64,000 nt of DNA from an uncultured Lachnospiraceae bacterium (GTDB lineage Bacteria > Bacillota > Clostridia > Lachnospirales > Lachnospiraceae). Of this stretch, positions 44,891 through 55,196 are shown one piece after another (position 1 is the first letter of the stretch; each line of letters starts with the position of its first letter). The notes under the pieces were generated by a model. It saw nothing but the letters and a program-made list of their open reading frames with translations. It was not told the DNA's origin and did no database searches. Made by a program: the position numbers and the translations under genes. The DNA lies in NCBI GenBank assembly GCA_902785635.1, contig CACZZH010000001.1:14229-78228 (forward strand), in the 5' to 3' direction.

Positions 44891-46267
44891 TCATACGGCC
44901 TGTCCGTATCTGGTAAGATTGACGGCCCATGCTCCCCGTTTCACCAGGAAATGTCCGATGAAGCATTTGATCACTTCTGTCAGCTGCACGATCAGGAACA
45001 GGGCATAGAGCGGCAGCCCTGTAAAATGCGCTGCCACGAAAACGGCCGGAATCACGACGACCCAGCTGTAAACACTGTCAAAGAAGAAGGTGACCACCGT
45101 CTTTCCGCCTGAGCGGATGATAAAATATGCTGCGTTCACATAGGCATAGACAGGCATGAAAAGCGCGCCGATGCGGATCAGTCCGATGGCCAGAGAGCGC
45201 ACCTCTTCCGAGGTATTGTACAGACGCGGATAAACACCGGAGAGCAGAAGCTCCACGGCTGCGAAGGCAAGACAGAACACCACCGAAAAAGCCGTCAGGC
45301 GGTGTGCTTCGGATCTCGCGCGCTCGATCTGCCCCGCACCGAGCATCTGTCCCAGAAGGATCGCAATGGCGCTTCCCATTGCGATGAAGCTGACACTAAA
45401 CACATTGGAGATCGTCTGATAGATATTTACCGCTGCCACCGCGGAAAGTCCGCGGATCGAATAGTTCTGTGTCAGTGCAGCCTGTGCACCTGACCACAAA
45501 GCTTCGTTCATAAGAAGCGGCATTCCTTTGACGGCGACCTGACGGTTGAGACCCGCCGGAATATCGAACAGTCTTCCATAGACCCCCCGGATAAACGGAT
45601 TGCGCTGCGTATGCGCATGCGTCCATACCACGACGATCGCCATCTCCGCAAAGCGTGAGATCACAGTGGCAGCAGCTGCGCCGACCACGCCCATTCTAGG
45701 CGCGCCGAAATGACCGTAGATCAGGATATAGTTTCCGGCCAGATTGATCAGCACGGCCGCTACACCGGCTTCCATGGGGATCATAGTCTCCCCGGTATTG
45801 CGCAGAGTGCTGGAATACACCTGGGAGATCGCAAACGGTAGGAAGCCGGCGTACATTACATTCAGGTATTCCTTTGCATGACGGAAGGTGGCCTCCACAC
45901 TCCCGGATCCATCGCTGTGCAGATATAGTCTGATCAGCATGTCTCCCCAGCCCAGGAAGACAACGGCGCCCAGAATCGCCAGCACCACACTCACCAGTAT
46001 CTGCTGACGCACCGTGTACCGGACTCCTTCACTGTCCCCTTTTCCGTAAAACTGAGCGGTAAAGATTCCGATTCCGGACAGTGCCCCGAAAATACACAGG
46101 TTAAAGATAAACATCAGCTGGTTCACGATCGCAACACCGGACATGGCATCCGTTCCAAGCTGCCCTACCATAATATTGTCCAGCATTCCCACCAGATTTG
46201 TGATTCCGTTCTGAATCATGATGGGGATCGCGACCCGCATAATATTTCTGTAAGAATTAGAATTCAT
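44891..46267 (-). CDS. MATE-family efflux transporter
   Basis: 12-TM protein. N-terminal RVAIPIMIQNGITNLVGMLDNIMVGQLG is typical of MATE. Confidence 0.85.
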   Translation of the reverse strand: MNSNSYRNIMRVAIPIMIQNGITNLVGMLDNIMVGQLGTDAMSGVAIVNQLMFIFNLCIFGALSGIGIFTAQFYGKGDSEGVRYTVRQQILVSVVLAILGAVVFLGWGDMLIRLYLHSDGSGSVEATFRHAKEYLNVMYAGFLPFAISQVYSSTLRNTGETMIPMEAGVAAVLINLAGNYILIYGHFGAPRMGVVGAAAATVISRFAEMAIVVVWTHAHTQRNPFIRGVYGRLFDIPAGLNRQVAVKGMPLLMNEALWSGAQAALTQNYSIRGLSAVAAVNIYQTISNVFSVSFIAMGSAIAILLGQMLGAGQIERARSEAHRLTAFSVVFCLAFAAVELLLSGVYPRLYNTSEEVRSLAIGLIRIGALFMPVYAYVNAAYFIIRSGGKTVVTFFFDSVYSWVVVIPAVFVAAHFTGLPLYALFLIVQLTEVIKCFIGHFLVKRGAWAVNLTRYGQAV

Positions 46268-47813
46268 TGTTCACTTCACGGATAAACCTTCCGAATGCCT
46301 CCTGGCCTTCTTCTGTCCTCTTATAGACACCCGCGTGCTCAAGCACTTTTGCAAAAACCAGTCCGATCTCCTTTCTGAGGATCTCATCCAGCTCTTTCTC
46401 CCCGTTTTCGGCGAGTGAAGGATATTTCTCTTTCAGTTCATCGATCCAGTCCGCATGTTTCTCAAGCTGCTCGTCTGCGCGGATATCCCTTCCGGTGCGA
46501 ACCGCCTCATTCAGGGCATGCATCTCATCCCGCAGTCTGGCAGGAAGCACAGCCAGTCCCATCACTTCGATCAGACCGATGTTCTCTTTTTTGATATGGT
46601 GCAGCTGCGCATGCGGATGATAAACGCCAAGCGGATGCTCCTTCGTTGTGATATTGTTGCGCAGCACCAGATCCAGCTCATATTCTCCGTCACGCTTGCG
46701 GGCGATCGGCGTGATCGTATTGTGAGGTTCCCCATCGGTAAATGCGTAGATAAAGGCATCCTCATCCGTATAACCGCGCCACTTATTCAGGATCTTATCA
46801 CCCAGATCCACCAGCCGTTTCCAGTCCGCGCAGCGGATCCGGATCACGGACATAGGCCATTTCACGATGCCGGCTTTCACATCTTCATATCCTTTGAAAA
46901 CGACCTCACGCTCCACGGGAGCTTTTGCCATGGCGAATGTGTAGTGTCCGCCCTGGAAATGTTCATGGCTCAGGATGGAGCCGCCCACGATCGGCAGATC
47001 CGCATTGGACCCGACAAAATAATGAGGGAATTCCTCCACGAACTCAAACAGTTTGCGAAATGCCGCGCGGTCGATCTTCATAGGCTGATGAAGCCCGTTG
47101 AAAACGATGCAGTGCTCATTATAATACACATAGGGAGAGTACTGCAGGTACCATCCTCCTCCGTTTACGCTGATCGGGATGATCCGGTGATTCTGCCGCG
47201 CGGGATGCCCCGGACGCCCTGCGTAACCGGTATTCTCCCGGCAAAGCAGGCACTTCGGATAGGATGTTGCCTTCGCATTGCGTGCAGCCGCGATGGCTTT
47301 CGGATCCTTCTCAGGTTTGGAGAGATTGATCGTGATATCCAGATCCCCATATTCCGTAGGTGCGATCCACTTGATATCCTTCCGGATGCGGTAACGGCGG
47401 ATATAATCCGTATTCTGGGAGAAATCGTAATACCAGTCGGTCGCCGCCTGCGGACTTTCCTCATAGTGCTCGAAGAAGGTCTTTGTGATATTGTGCGGAC
47501 GGTCCGTAAGCAGCCCCATGACCTTTGTATCAAACAGATCCCGGAACCCGACAGAGTTTTCCGGCATCAGACCATGCTCAAAGGCATAATCACAGATCTG
47601 CCCGAGGATGCCTTCCAGTTCCACTTTAAGCTGTTCTTTTCGGTCCACTCCGGCAGAGACATATGCAAGGATCTCCTGTTCCGTTTCAGGTTCCAGAGAA
47701 TCGATCTCCAGCAGTTCCAGAAGCCGGTTCGCCGTATATATGCTGTCTTCGTTTTCGATAAGGCCGGTTGCAAGGCCGTAACACACCAGTTTTGAGATCG
47801 CTTTTTGTATCAT
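46257..47813 (-). CDS. galT: Galactose-1-phosphate uridylyltransferase (type 2, Firmicutes form)
   Basis: ~518 aa with the SHEHFQGG catalytic block. ATG at 47813 follows GGGAGGAG; the upstream part of the track ORF is an extension. Confidence 0.9.
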   Translation of the reverse strand: MIQKAISKLVCYGLATGLIENEDSIYTANRLLELLEIDSLEPETEQEILAYVSAGVDRKEQLKVELEGILGQICDYAFEHGLMPENSVGFRDLFDTKVMGLLTDRPHNITKTFFEHYEESPQAATDWYYDFSQNTDYIRRYRIRKDIKWIAPTEYGDLDITINLSKPEKDPKAIAAARNAKATSYPKCLLCRENTGYAGRPGHPARQNHRIIPISVNGGGWYLQYSPYVYYNEHCIVFNGLHQPMKIDRAAFRKLFEFVEEFPHYFVGSNADLPIVGGSILSHEHFQGGHYTFAMAKAPVEREVVFKGYEDVKAGIVKWPMSVIRIRCADWKRLVDLGDKILNKWRGYTDEDAFIYAFTDGEPHNTITPIARKRDGEYELDLVLRNNITTKEHPLGVYHPHAQLHHIKKENIGLIEVMGLAVLPARLRDEMHALNEAVRTGRDIRADEQLEKHADWIDELKEKYPSLAENGEKELDEILRKEIGLVFAKVLEHAGVYKRTEEGQEAFGRFIREVNNEF

Positions 47814-48027
47814 TTTTCTCCTCCCATATGGATCGTTCTGTTTCAGGCTGCCAGGATAAAGCATAAAAACGTTGTAAATGTTTCCGGGAAACCACGCCCT
47901 GAAAACCGCAGTTTTGCATAATATAGCATAGTTCAACGTTTTGTTGCAACAGGCGGAATGGAATGATATATTAGTTGCAAATGACAACACTGTTTCTGAT
48001 TTCTTCATACTTCAGGGAGGATCCTCC

Positions 48028-48525
48028 ATGGACCAGGTCAGGCTTTTCAGAAAACGTATCATCCCTGCAGAATGTGTCGAATTGAAAGATGACATCATTC
48101 TCTACCGGGATCCGGAAGTGATTATAACGAAATGGAATACATTGAAACCCAAAAAAACACTCAGCCACGGCTACTCCTGTTACTTTCTGGAACGCGGCTT
48201 CAAAGTGAGTAAATTCTACGATCACAACGGCAGCCTGATCAGCTGGTATTGCGATATCGTGTCACATACCTATGATGCAGACACGGATACTTATGTTTTT
48301 ACCGATCTTCTGGCAGATGTGATCGTTTATCCTGACGGATTTGTACGAGTAGTGGATCTGGACGAACTAGCCGACGCCCAGCGTGATCATCTTATCACCG
48401 GTCCCGAGATGGAAACTGCCCTGCGGCACCTTGACAAGCTCCTCTCCATCATTTATAAAGGGGCCTTTCCGAAGCTGCAGAAATACATCGAAGATTTCGA
48501 AAATGCGGATTCCCCGGAAGCATAA
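48028..48525 (+). CDS. DUF402-family protein (nucleoside di/triphosphatase-like)
   Basis: …WYCDIVSHTYDADTDTYVFTDLLADVIVYPDG… is the DUF402 core. ATG at 48028 follows GGGAGGA. Confidence 0.7.
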   Translation: MDQVRLFRKRIIPAECVELKDDIILYRDPEVIITKWNTLKPKKTLSHGYSCYFLERGFKVSKFYDHNGSLISWYCDIVSHTYDADTDTYVFTDLLADVIVYPDGFVRVVDLDELADAQRDHLITGPEMETALRHLDKLLSIIYKGAFPKLQKYIEDFENADSPEA

Positions 48526-48572
48526 GAGCAGGAACCTGCCGGAATCTTTTTGTTTTACAGGAAAAAGGAAAA

Positions 48573-48616
48573 AGCATGCATCCCCTTCTGTTTTGAAGGA
48601 TCTGCATGCTTTTTGT
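48573..48616. terminator. Possible shared terminator of convergent genes
   Basis: AGCATGCA-22 nt-TGCATGCT flanked by AAAA and TTTT. The large loop lowers confidence. Confidence 0.35.
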
Positions 48617-48631
48617 GCTTTCTTACGTTTA

Positions 48632-49402
48632 TTACAGGACTTTGTTCAGGAAATCTATGGTTCTGGGCTCTTTGGGATTGAGGATCACCTCCTGAGGTGT
48701 TCCTTCCTCAACGATATATCCCCCGTCCATAAACATCACCCGGTCGGATACCTCCCGGGCAAAGCCCATCTCATGCGTAACAATGACCATGGTCATCCCG
48801 TCAGCCGCAAGCTGCTTCATGACCTGGAGCACCTCGCCCACCATTTCCGGATCCAGCGCACTGGTAGGTTCATCGAAGAGCATGATATCCGGCTTCATGC
48901 AAAGTGCCCGGGCGATCGCCACTCTCTGTTTCTGCCCGCCGGACAACTGCGACGGATAGGCATTCGCCTTGTCTGCCAGACCGACCCGCGCGAGCATTTC
49001 CATAGCGCTGCGGCTTGCTTCGCCCTTTGACTGTTTCCCAAGCTCCACAGGCGCCAGCATCAGATTATGGAGTACATCCATGTTGTTGAAAAGATTGAAA
49101 TGCTGGAATACCATTCCGATCCGCTCACGCATCTTATTGATGTCGGCATGCCTGTCGGTGATATCTTCCCCGTCGATTAGCACGGCGCCCCCCGAGACTT
49201 CCTCCAGCTTGTTGAGGCAGCGAAGGAATGTCGATTTGCCGCTGCCCGAAGGGCCGATGATCACTACGACTTCACCCTCATAAATATCCGTTGAGATATC
49301 TTTCAGGACCATCAGATCCCCGAAGTTCTTTTTCAAATGAGAGACATGGATCCTGACAGCTCTTTCCTTTCTGTCTTTTCCGGTATGTTCAGCGCCCAAC
49401 AT
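48632..49402 (-). CDS. Polar amino-acid ABC transporter ATP-binding protein
   Basis: [37 protein letters not shown] (GlnQ/HisP class). GAGAGGAGG ribosome-binding site. Confidence 0.9.
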   Translation of the reverse strand: MLGAEHTGKDRKERAVRIHVSHLKKNFGDLMVLKDISTDIYEGEVVVIIGPSGSGKSTFLRCLNKLEEVSGGAVLIDGEDITDRHADINKMRERIGMVFQHFNLFNNMDVLHNLMLAPVELGKQSKGEASRSAMEMLARVGLADKANAYPSQLSGGQKQRVAIARALCMKPDIMLFDEPTSALDPEMVGEVLQVMKQLAADGMTMVIVTHEMGFAREVSDRVMFMDGGYIVEEGTPQEVILNPKEPRTIDFLNKVL

Positions 49403-50057
49403 TCAGCCTCCTCTCAAGCACCTTGGCGGACTTGGACAGCGCCAGGATAATGATCAGGTACATCACTGCAACGATTCCCCATGTCTGGAATGACATGAAC
49501 GTATTTGCCACCACGTTCTTGGCAGTGTTGACCAGCTCCGGAAAACCGATCACGGAAAGAATGGATGTATCTTTCAATGTGATGATGAACTGATTGATGA
49601 TACTGGGAATCATGGTACGGATCGCCTGGGGGAGCACGACCTTCTGCATGGACTTCCAGTAAGGAAGGCCCAGGCTGCGGGCCGCTTCCATCTGCCCCTT
49701 ATCGACTGACTGGATGCCGGCGCGGATGATCTCCGCCATATAGGCACCGCAGTTGAGCGCAAGACACACCGTGCCCGCCTGAAGTGCCGTAAGCGTGATG
49801 CTTCCGTGCAGGATATTGTTCACCAGGTACGGAAAACCGAAATAGATAAAATACGCCAGTACGATCATTGGCACACCGCGGATCACATCCACAAAGATCA
49901 GTGCAATGATGTTGCATACCTTGTTCTGAAGAACGCTCATCAATCCGAAGATCATGCCGAGAATGCAGGCGAAAAACAGTCCAAGCAGTGCCAGCAGCAA
50001 AGTCTGGCCCATCGCCCGCAGCAGCAGTGCTCCGTATCTGGTTACAATCAAAGCCAT
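49389..50057 (-). CDS. Polar amino-acid ABC transporter permease (His/Glu/Gln/Arg/opine family)
   Basis: EAA-loop region [22 protein letters not shown]. ~5 TM helices. Confidence 0.85.
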   Translation of the reverse strand: MALIVTRYGALLLRAMGQTLLLALLGLFFACILGMIFGLMSVLQNKVCNIIALIFVDVIRGVPMIVLAYFIYFGFPYLVNNILHGSITLTALQAGTVCLALNCGAYMAEIIRAGIQSVDKGQMEAARSLGLPYWKSMQKVVLPQAIRTMIPSIINQFIITLKDTSILSVIGFPELVNTAKNVVANTFMSFQTWGIVAVMYLIIILALSKSAKVLERRLNVGR

Positions 50058-50191
50058 ACAGGATCTCCCTCTTTTCCGGTATCCGGAGGATCTTCCTCCC
50101 CGGTATATCTATTCTTCATCGGGCAGGACCCGCACTGACGGGTCTGCACGTTCCCCTGCCAAACAGCAGGGGAACTCCGATCAAACCGTAT

Positions 50192-51013
50192 TTACTCCGC
50201 TTCTGTCGCTTCTTCTGCAGCTCCGCCGAAGGCTTCCACTGCCATCTTGGCAGCATCCTCGCCAAGGTAGTTTGCGATCACTGCTTCATAGGTGCCGTCT
50301 GCGATGATATCTGCAAGACCTGCGTTGAACATATCGATCAGTTCCTGGCTGTCCTCGGTGAATACTGCGAAGCCATAGGGAGATCCTTCATTTTCAGAGC
50401 CTTCCACGATCGTAAGAGCCAGACCGCCGTCCTGGATGGAAGCTGCCATGATCGGAGTATCCTCGAAGCATGCCACTACCTGTCCGCCGAGCACTGCCTG
50501 ATACATTGTGGGGGAGTCTTCAAAGTAGGTGATGCTGAAGCCATATTCATCCATCAGGCTTTCTGCATAGGAAGCACCCTGGGTACCGGTCTTAACACCT
50601 ACCATTTTTCCTTCCAGATCTGCAAAGGAAGCAATGTCAGAACCTTCCTGAACGGTCATGCTCTGGGTAGCATTGTAATATCCGTCGGAGAATGTCCAGC
50701 CGCTGGCCTTTCTCTCATCGGTGATGGATGCACCGGCGATCATGCCGTCAGCCTGGCCTGCCTGGCATGCAGCGATGGAAGCATCCCATCCGAGGCTGTT
50801 GAGTTCATATTCAAATCCCTGATCCTCGGCGATCGCTGCAAGGATATCTACATCGATTCCTACGAATGCGCCGGAGTCATCTGTGTATTCAAAAGGCTTG
50901 AACACGGTGTCCGTTGCGATCTTCCATACTTTCCCTTCTTCTGCGAAAGAAGTCATCGCCATGCAGCCTGCCAGTGCTCCGGCACCCAGTAAAACAGCAA
51001 GATTCTTTTTCAT
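50192..51013 (-). CDS. Polar amino-acid ABC substrate-binding protein (family 3)
   Basis: Signal peptide with Cys (LAGCMA). SBP_bac_3-like blocks (FEYTDDSGAFVGIDVDIL, DGMIAGASIT). Confidence 0.85.
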   Translation of the reverse strand: MKKNLAVLLGAGALAGCMAMTSFAEEGKVWKIATDTVFKPFEYTDDSGAFVGIDVDILAAIAEDQGFEYELNSLGWDASIAACQAGQADGMIAGASITDERKASGWTFSDGYYNATQSMTVQEGSDIASFADLEGKMVGVKTGTQGASYAESLMDEYGFSITYFEDSPTMYQAVLGGQVVACFEDTPIMAASIQDGGLALTIVEGSENEGSPYGFAVFTEDSQELIDMFNAGLADIIADGTYEAVIANYLGEDAAKMAVEAFGGAAEEATEAE

Positions 51014-51068
51014 AATAAATTCCTCCTTCTATAAACTCTTTCATGGTCCCAGACGGACCACGTGTTTC

Positions 51069-51096
51069 ATTATAACAGATACAGACCGTATTTCAA
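51069..51096 (-). promoter_or_regulatory. Sigma-A-type promoter of the amino-acid ABC operon
   Basis: TTGAAA-16 nt-TATAAT with an extended-10 TGT on the minus strand. Confidence 0.5.
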
Positions 51097-51128
51097 ACAT
51101 TATTTTAATGCGCTAATAGTTCACCGCA

Positions 51129-51602
51129 TTAAAGGATCGTCTCCATTCCGATCTTATATGGTCTCAGTCCGCAGTTCTCATAGAACTTCAAAGCGCCTTC
51201 GTTGCAGCTCCACACATTCAGCGTCAGATTATAACAGCCGTTTTCTTTTGCATAATTCCTTACATATTCATAAAGCTGTTTTCCGACATGCCTGCCGCGG
51301 CAGTTCTCATCCACACAGATATCGTCAATGTAAAGAGTCTTAATATCGGTCATCAGATTGCTTTCCTTCACCTGCTGGAAAATACAGAACGCATGCCCCA
51401 GCACATGACTGTCCGTCTCGTCCGTAAGCACAAACACCGGCCTGCTATCATCGTGCAGCAGTTCCAGAAGTTCTTCCTTTGTATATTTGGTCGTCGGTCC
51501 TTTGAACAGATCCGGTCTGCCGATATGATGCACCATATTTACCTGTACAAGCAGCCGGAGAATATCTTCCGCATCTTTTTCCTGTGCCCGTCGAATTCCC
51601 AT
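51129..51602 (-). CDS. GNAT N-acetyltransferase
   Basis: CRGRHVGKQLYEYV acetyl-CoA motif. ATG at 51602 follows AGGAGG. Confidence 0.75.
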   Translation of the reverse strand: MGIRRAQEKDAEDILRLLVQVNMVHHIGRPDLFKGPTTKYTKEELLELLHDDSRPVFVLTDETDSHVLGHAFCIFQQVKESNLMTDIKTLYIDDICVDENCRGRHVGKQLYEYVRNYAKENGCYNLTLNVWSCNEGALKFYENCGLRPYKIGMETIL

Positions 51603-51787
51603 AAAAACCTCCTGATCCGGAATCCTTTCACGTTTTTTGCCGCAGTTACTATAGCATAAGAAATCCCCGGCTACAAGCATCGGATTCCGTAACAAAAGAA
51701 ACATGAATTGAACACAGTTTCTTCATAATTTCAATTTATATTGAGGACATCAAAAAACAAAAGACCATTGAAATGGAGGTATAGATC

Positions 51788-53014
51788 ATGAGCAGAAAAT
51801 TATTAGCAATTCTCGCAGCCACAGCAGTGATCGGCACATCCGTTGCCGCAGTTACATTCGGAGGTCCCTCCGGAGATTCGGCGGAAACTGACAAGGCCGT
51901 TTCTTCCATCATCCCGACCGTATCGGAAGTATCTTCCGGTCTGACATTTGCGGATGATCCGGTCACAGATCAGGATGAAACGCCGGCCTTCTCTTACAGC
52001 AATGTTGCAGATGTGGCGGAGGCAGTCATGCCGTCGATCGTAGCCATTACCAATAAATCCGTGCAGGAAGTCAACAACTATTTCTTCCGCCGTTCCTTCC
52101 AGTATGAAGCGACCAGTGCCGGCTCCGGCATCATCGTCGGTTCCAATGATACAGAACTTCTGATCTGTACGAACAATCACGTGGTGGAGGATGCCAGCGA
52201 ACTTTCCGTGACCTTCATCGATGAGCAGTCTTATACAGCGAACGTAAAAGGTACGGATCCCGACAATGACCTGGCGGTCGTCTCCGTAAATCTGGAAGAT
52301 ATTTCAGAGGACACAATGGATCAGATCCGGATCGCCCGGACAGGCGACTCGGATGACATGCGTGTAGGTGAACAGGTCGTCGCAATCGGCAATGCTCTCG
52401 GTTACGGACAGTCTGTAACGACCGGCATCATCAGTGCTAAAAACCGTTCCATCGAGGCAGCCGCCGACAGCTACGGAACGAATGTTACTACCTATGAAGA
52501 TCTGATCCAGACAGATGCCGCGATCAACTTCGGCAACAGCGGCGGTGCTCTGCTGAATATGAACGGAGAAGTGATCGGGATCAACTCCGCAAAGGCTTCC
52601 CAGTCCGGTGTTGAAGGAATGGGTTACTCGATCCCGATTGCAAAGGCAATGCCTATTCTGGAGGACCTGATGAACCGTCAGACGAGAGTCCGTCTGGCTG
52701 AGGATGAGATCGGCTACATCGGCATCAACGGGCAGAGCGTATCCCGCGACGCAACCATGCTGTACGGTATTCCGCAGGGGATCTATGTGACCTATGTGGA
52801 AGAGGACAGCCCCGCTGCCCAGGCCGGCCTCGAAGAGGGAGATATCATTACCGAGTTCGACGGTGAACAGGTCACCAGCATGCGGGATCTGCAGTACATG
52901 ATGCAGTACTATGCTGCAGGAGAAACGATCGATGTGAAGATCAGCTCCGCTTCCAATAATTATGAAGATGATACTCTCAGCATTACACTTGGCAGCCGCA
53001 GCTCCGTGCAGTAA
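51788..53014 (+). CDS. htrA: HtrA/DegP-family serine protease with one PDZ domain
   Basis: N-terminal TM anchor. Trypsin-like triad context (TNNHVV, DLAVV, GNSGGALLN). PDZ segment GLEEGDIITEFDG. Confidence 0.87.
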   Translation: MSRKLLAILAATAVIGTSVAAVTFGGPSGDSAETDKAVSSIIPTVSEVSSGLTFADDPVTDQDETPAFSYSNVADVAEAVMPSIVAITNKSVQEVNNYFFRRSFQYEATSAGSGIIVGSNDTELLICTNNHVVEDASELSVTFIDEQSYTANVKGTDPDNDLAVVSVNLEDISEDTMDQIRIARTGDSDDMRVGEQVVAIGNALGYGQSVTTGIISAKNRSIEAAADSYGTNVTTYEDLIQTDAAINFGNSGGALLNMNGEVIGINSAKASQSGVEGMGYSIPIAKAMPILEDLMNRQTRVRLAEDEIGYIGINGQSVSRDATMLYGIPQGIYVTYVEEDSPAAQAGLEEGDIITEFDGEQVTSMRDLQYMMQYYAAGETIDVKISSASNNYEDDTLSITLGSRSSVQ

Positions 53015-53061
53015 TATTGCAAAGGGGTTCGGCCCTTCGTAAACACTCTTATGAAACACAG

Positions 53062-53106
53062 AAAGACCGCGAGTCTCCGGCCGGAGACCCGCGGTCTTCT
53101 TTTTTC
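53062..53106. terminator. Bidirectional rho-independent terminator (htrA / aminotransferase)
   Basis: AAGACCGCGAGTCTCCGG-CCGGAGACCCGCGGTCTT followed by CTTTTTT. Confidence 0.8.
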
Positions 53107-53136
53107 GTCATGAATGCTCAGCACCTCACGGTCCTT

Positions 53137-53178
53137 CACAGTTATCATGTCACAACTGTCATGTCACAGTTATCAGGT
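53137..53178. repeat. 14-bp x3 imperfect tandem repeat abutting a stop codon
   Basis: CACAGTTATCATGT / CACAACTGTCATGT / CACAGTTATCAGGT. Confidence 0.7.
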
Positions 53179-54482
53179 CACACTTCCGCATTGCTGCGTT
53201 TTTCATCCAGCATCTTCTCCAGCGTGACCATCTTTACACATACCGTAAAAAGTCTTGCTGCGATCTGAAGGTCTTCAAGCGTCGGATAAGTCGGTGCAAT
53301 ACGGATATTGGAGTCATTCGGATCTATCCCGTAGGGATAGGTTGCCCCGGCTCCGGTAAGCGTAACGCCGGCCTTCTTGGCCTTTGCTACGATCGCCCTG
53401 GCGCATCCCGGAAGGGAATCAAAACTGATGAAATATCCCCCCTTCGGTTTGGTCCAGCTTCCTGCTCCGATTCCTTCCAGTTCTTCTTCGAAGATCCTTT
53501 CCACTGCCTCGAACTTCGGCCGGATAATATCGGCATGCTTTCTCATATGCTGTGTCATTCCATAGATATCGCCGAAAAAGCGTACATGCCTCAGCTGATT
53601 CACCTTGTCATGACCGATCGTCTGCACCTTCAGCTGCTTTTTGATATCCTCCAGATTATTCAGGGACGTAGCCATTGCTGCGATTCCGCTTCCGGGGAAT
53701 GTGATCTTGGAAGTGGACGCAAATTTGTAAACAAGATCCGGATTTCCGACACGTTTGCATTCTGCAAGGATCTCGATCAGGTAATCCTGATCCAGGTCAT
53801 ACAGATGGTGGATCCCGTAGGCATTATCCCAGAAGATCCGGAAATCAGGAGCCGCCGGCTTCAGCCTTGCGAACCGGCGTACCGTCTCATCGGAATAGGA
53901 ATAGCCCTGAGGATTGGAATATTTCGGCACGCACCAGATACCTTTGATCGCGTCGTCCTCGGAAACCAGCTTTTCCACCAGATCCATGTCCGGGCCTGTC
54001 GGAGACATCGGCACACAGATCATCTCTATGCCAAAATACTCAGTGATCGCAAAATGCCTGTCATACCCCGGCACAGGGCAGAGGAATTTCACCCGGTCCA
54101 GTTTGGCCCACGGCTTATTGCCCATGATTCCGTGGGTCATTGCCCGGGCTACAGTATCATACATCACATTCAGAGATGAATTACCGTAAATGATGATATT
54201 ATCAGGATGATTTTCCATCATGTCCCCGATCAGTTCCTTTGCCTCCCGGATTCCATCCAGAACGCCGTAGTTGCGGCAGTCAGTTCCGTCTTCACACCTC
54301 AGGTCCACTTCTCCGTTCAGCTCATCCAGCATCTCCATGGAAAGATCGAGCTGCTCGGTGCACGGTTTCCCACGGCTCATATCCAGATGCAGATCCAGAT
54401 CCTGAAAATGGCGGTAATGCTTCCTGATCATTTTCAGTTCCTGCTCCAGTTCATAAATCGTCATCTCTGAATAAGGCTTCAT
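53178..54482 (-). CDS. PLP-dependent aminotransferase (class I/II fold)
   Basis: ~434 aa. Lys context FASTSKITFPGSG (S-x-S-K) and YGNSSLN. Confidence 0.75.
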   Translation of the reverse strand: MKPYSEMTIYELEQELKMIRKHYRHFQDLDLHLDMSRGKPCTEQLDLSMEMLDELNGEVDLRCEDGTDCRNYGVLDGIREAKELIGDMMENHPDNIIIYGNSSLNVMYDTVARAMTHGIMGNKPWAKLDRVKFLCPVPGYDRHFAITEYFGIEMICVPMSPTGPDMDLVEKLVSEDDAIKGIWCVPKYSNPQGYSYSDETVRRFARLKPAAPDFRIFWDNAYGIHHLYDLDQDYLIEILAECKRVGNPDLVYKFASTSKITFPGSGIAAMATSLNNLEDIKKQLKVQTIGHDKVNQLRHVRFFGDIYGMTQHMRKHADIIRPKFEAVERIFEEELEGIGAGSWTKPKGGYFISFDSLPGCARAIVAKAKKAGVTLTGAGATYPYGIDPNDSNIRIAPTYPTLEDLQIAARLFTVCVKMVTLEKMLDEKRSNAEV

Positions 54483-54502
54483 GTGATGTAACTCCTCCTC
54501 AC

Positions 54503-55045
54503 TTAATAGTTCTCCTGATGAATCTCAAAATAGCTGCGCGGATGATTGCACACCGGACATACCTCCGGAGCCTCGGTCCCGACAACAATATGGCCGCAGT
54601 TGCGGCATTCCCAGATCGCCACGCCGCTCTTTTTAAAGACTTCGTCCGCATTGATATTTTTCAGAAGCGCACGATATCTCTCCTCATGATGACGCTCGAT
54701 CTCTCCTACACCGCGCATCTGTGCTGCCAGTTCCGGGAAACCTTCTTCTTCCGCATCCTTCGCCATACGCTCATACATATCGGTCCATTCGGCATTCTCT
54801 CCTTCCGCCGCTGCAAGGAGGTTTTCAGGCGTAGTGCCGATTCCGCCAAGAGCCTTGAACCAGAGTTTCGCATGCTCTTTTTCATTTTCGGCGGTCTTCA
54901 GAAACAGCGCCGCGATCTGCTCATATCCGGCTTTCTTTGCAGCAGATGCAAAGTATGTATACTTATTGCGCGCCATGGATTCTCCGGCAAATGCCTCCAG
55001 AAGATTCTTCTCTGTCTTTGTTCCTGCGTATTTATTGTCTGCCAT
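54503..55045 (-). CDS. rbr: Rubrerythrin
   Basis: Ferritin-like di-iron motifs ([29 protein letters not shown]) plus C-terminal rubredoxin CRNCG…CPVC. Confidence 0.9.
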   Translation of the reverse strand: MADNKYAGTKTEKNLLEAFAGESMARNKYTYFASAAKKAGYEQIAALFLKTAENEKEHAKLWFKALGGIGTTPENLLAAAEGENAEWTDMYERMAKDAEEEGFPELAAQMRGVGEIERHHEERYRALLKNINADEVFKKSGVAIWECRNCGHIVVGTEAPEVCPVCNHPRSYFEIHQENY

Positions 55046-55196
55046 TTTTCATTCCTCCTTTTCAGAAACACACCATCCGGTCTGACTGACCTGAATGTTT
55101 TATCTATTCTACACTATGAAAACGATTATAGCAAACGGAAAACAGATGTGATATGATAACAGCGCCATAATTCCAGGAAAGGACCGGCAGCAGAAT

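Noticed and set aside
46257-48008. N-terminal extensions suggested by the ORF track (for example galT 583 aa, M4 peptidase 970 aa, liv binding protein 414 aa, guaA 521 aa, HMA 119 aa, GNAT 191 aa).
   Set aside because: The extensions start at GTG/TTG or ATG codons without a ribosome-binding site and add non-homologous residues. Internal ATGs preceded by GGAGG-type sites coincide with the expected family N-termini or signal peptides.
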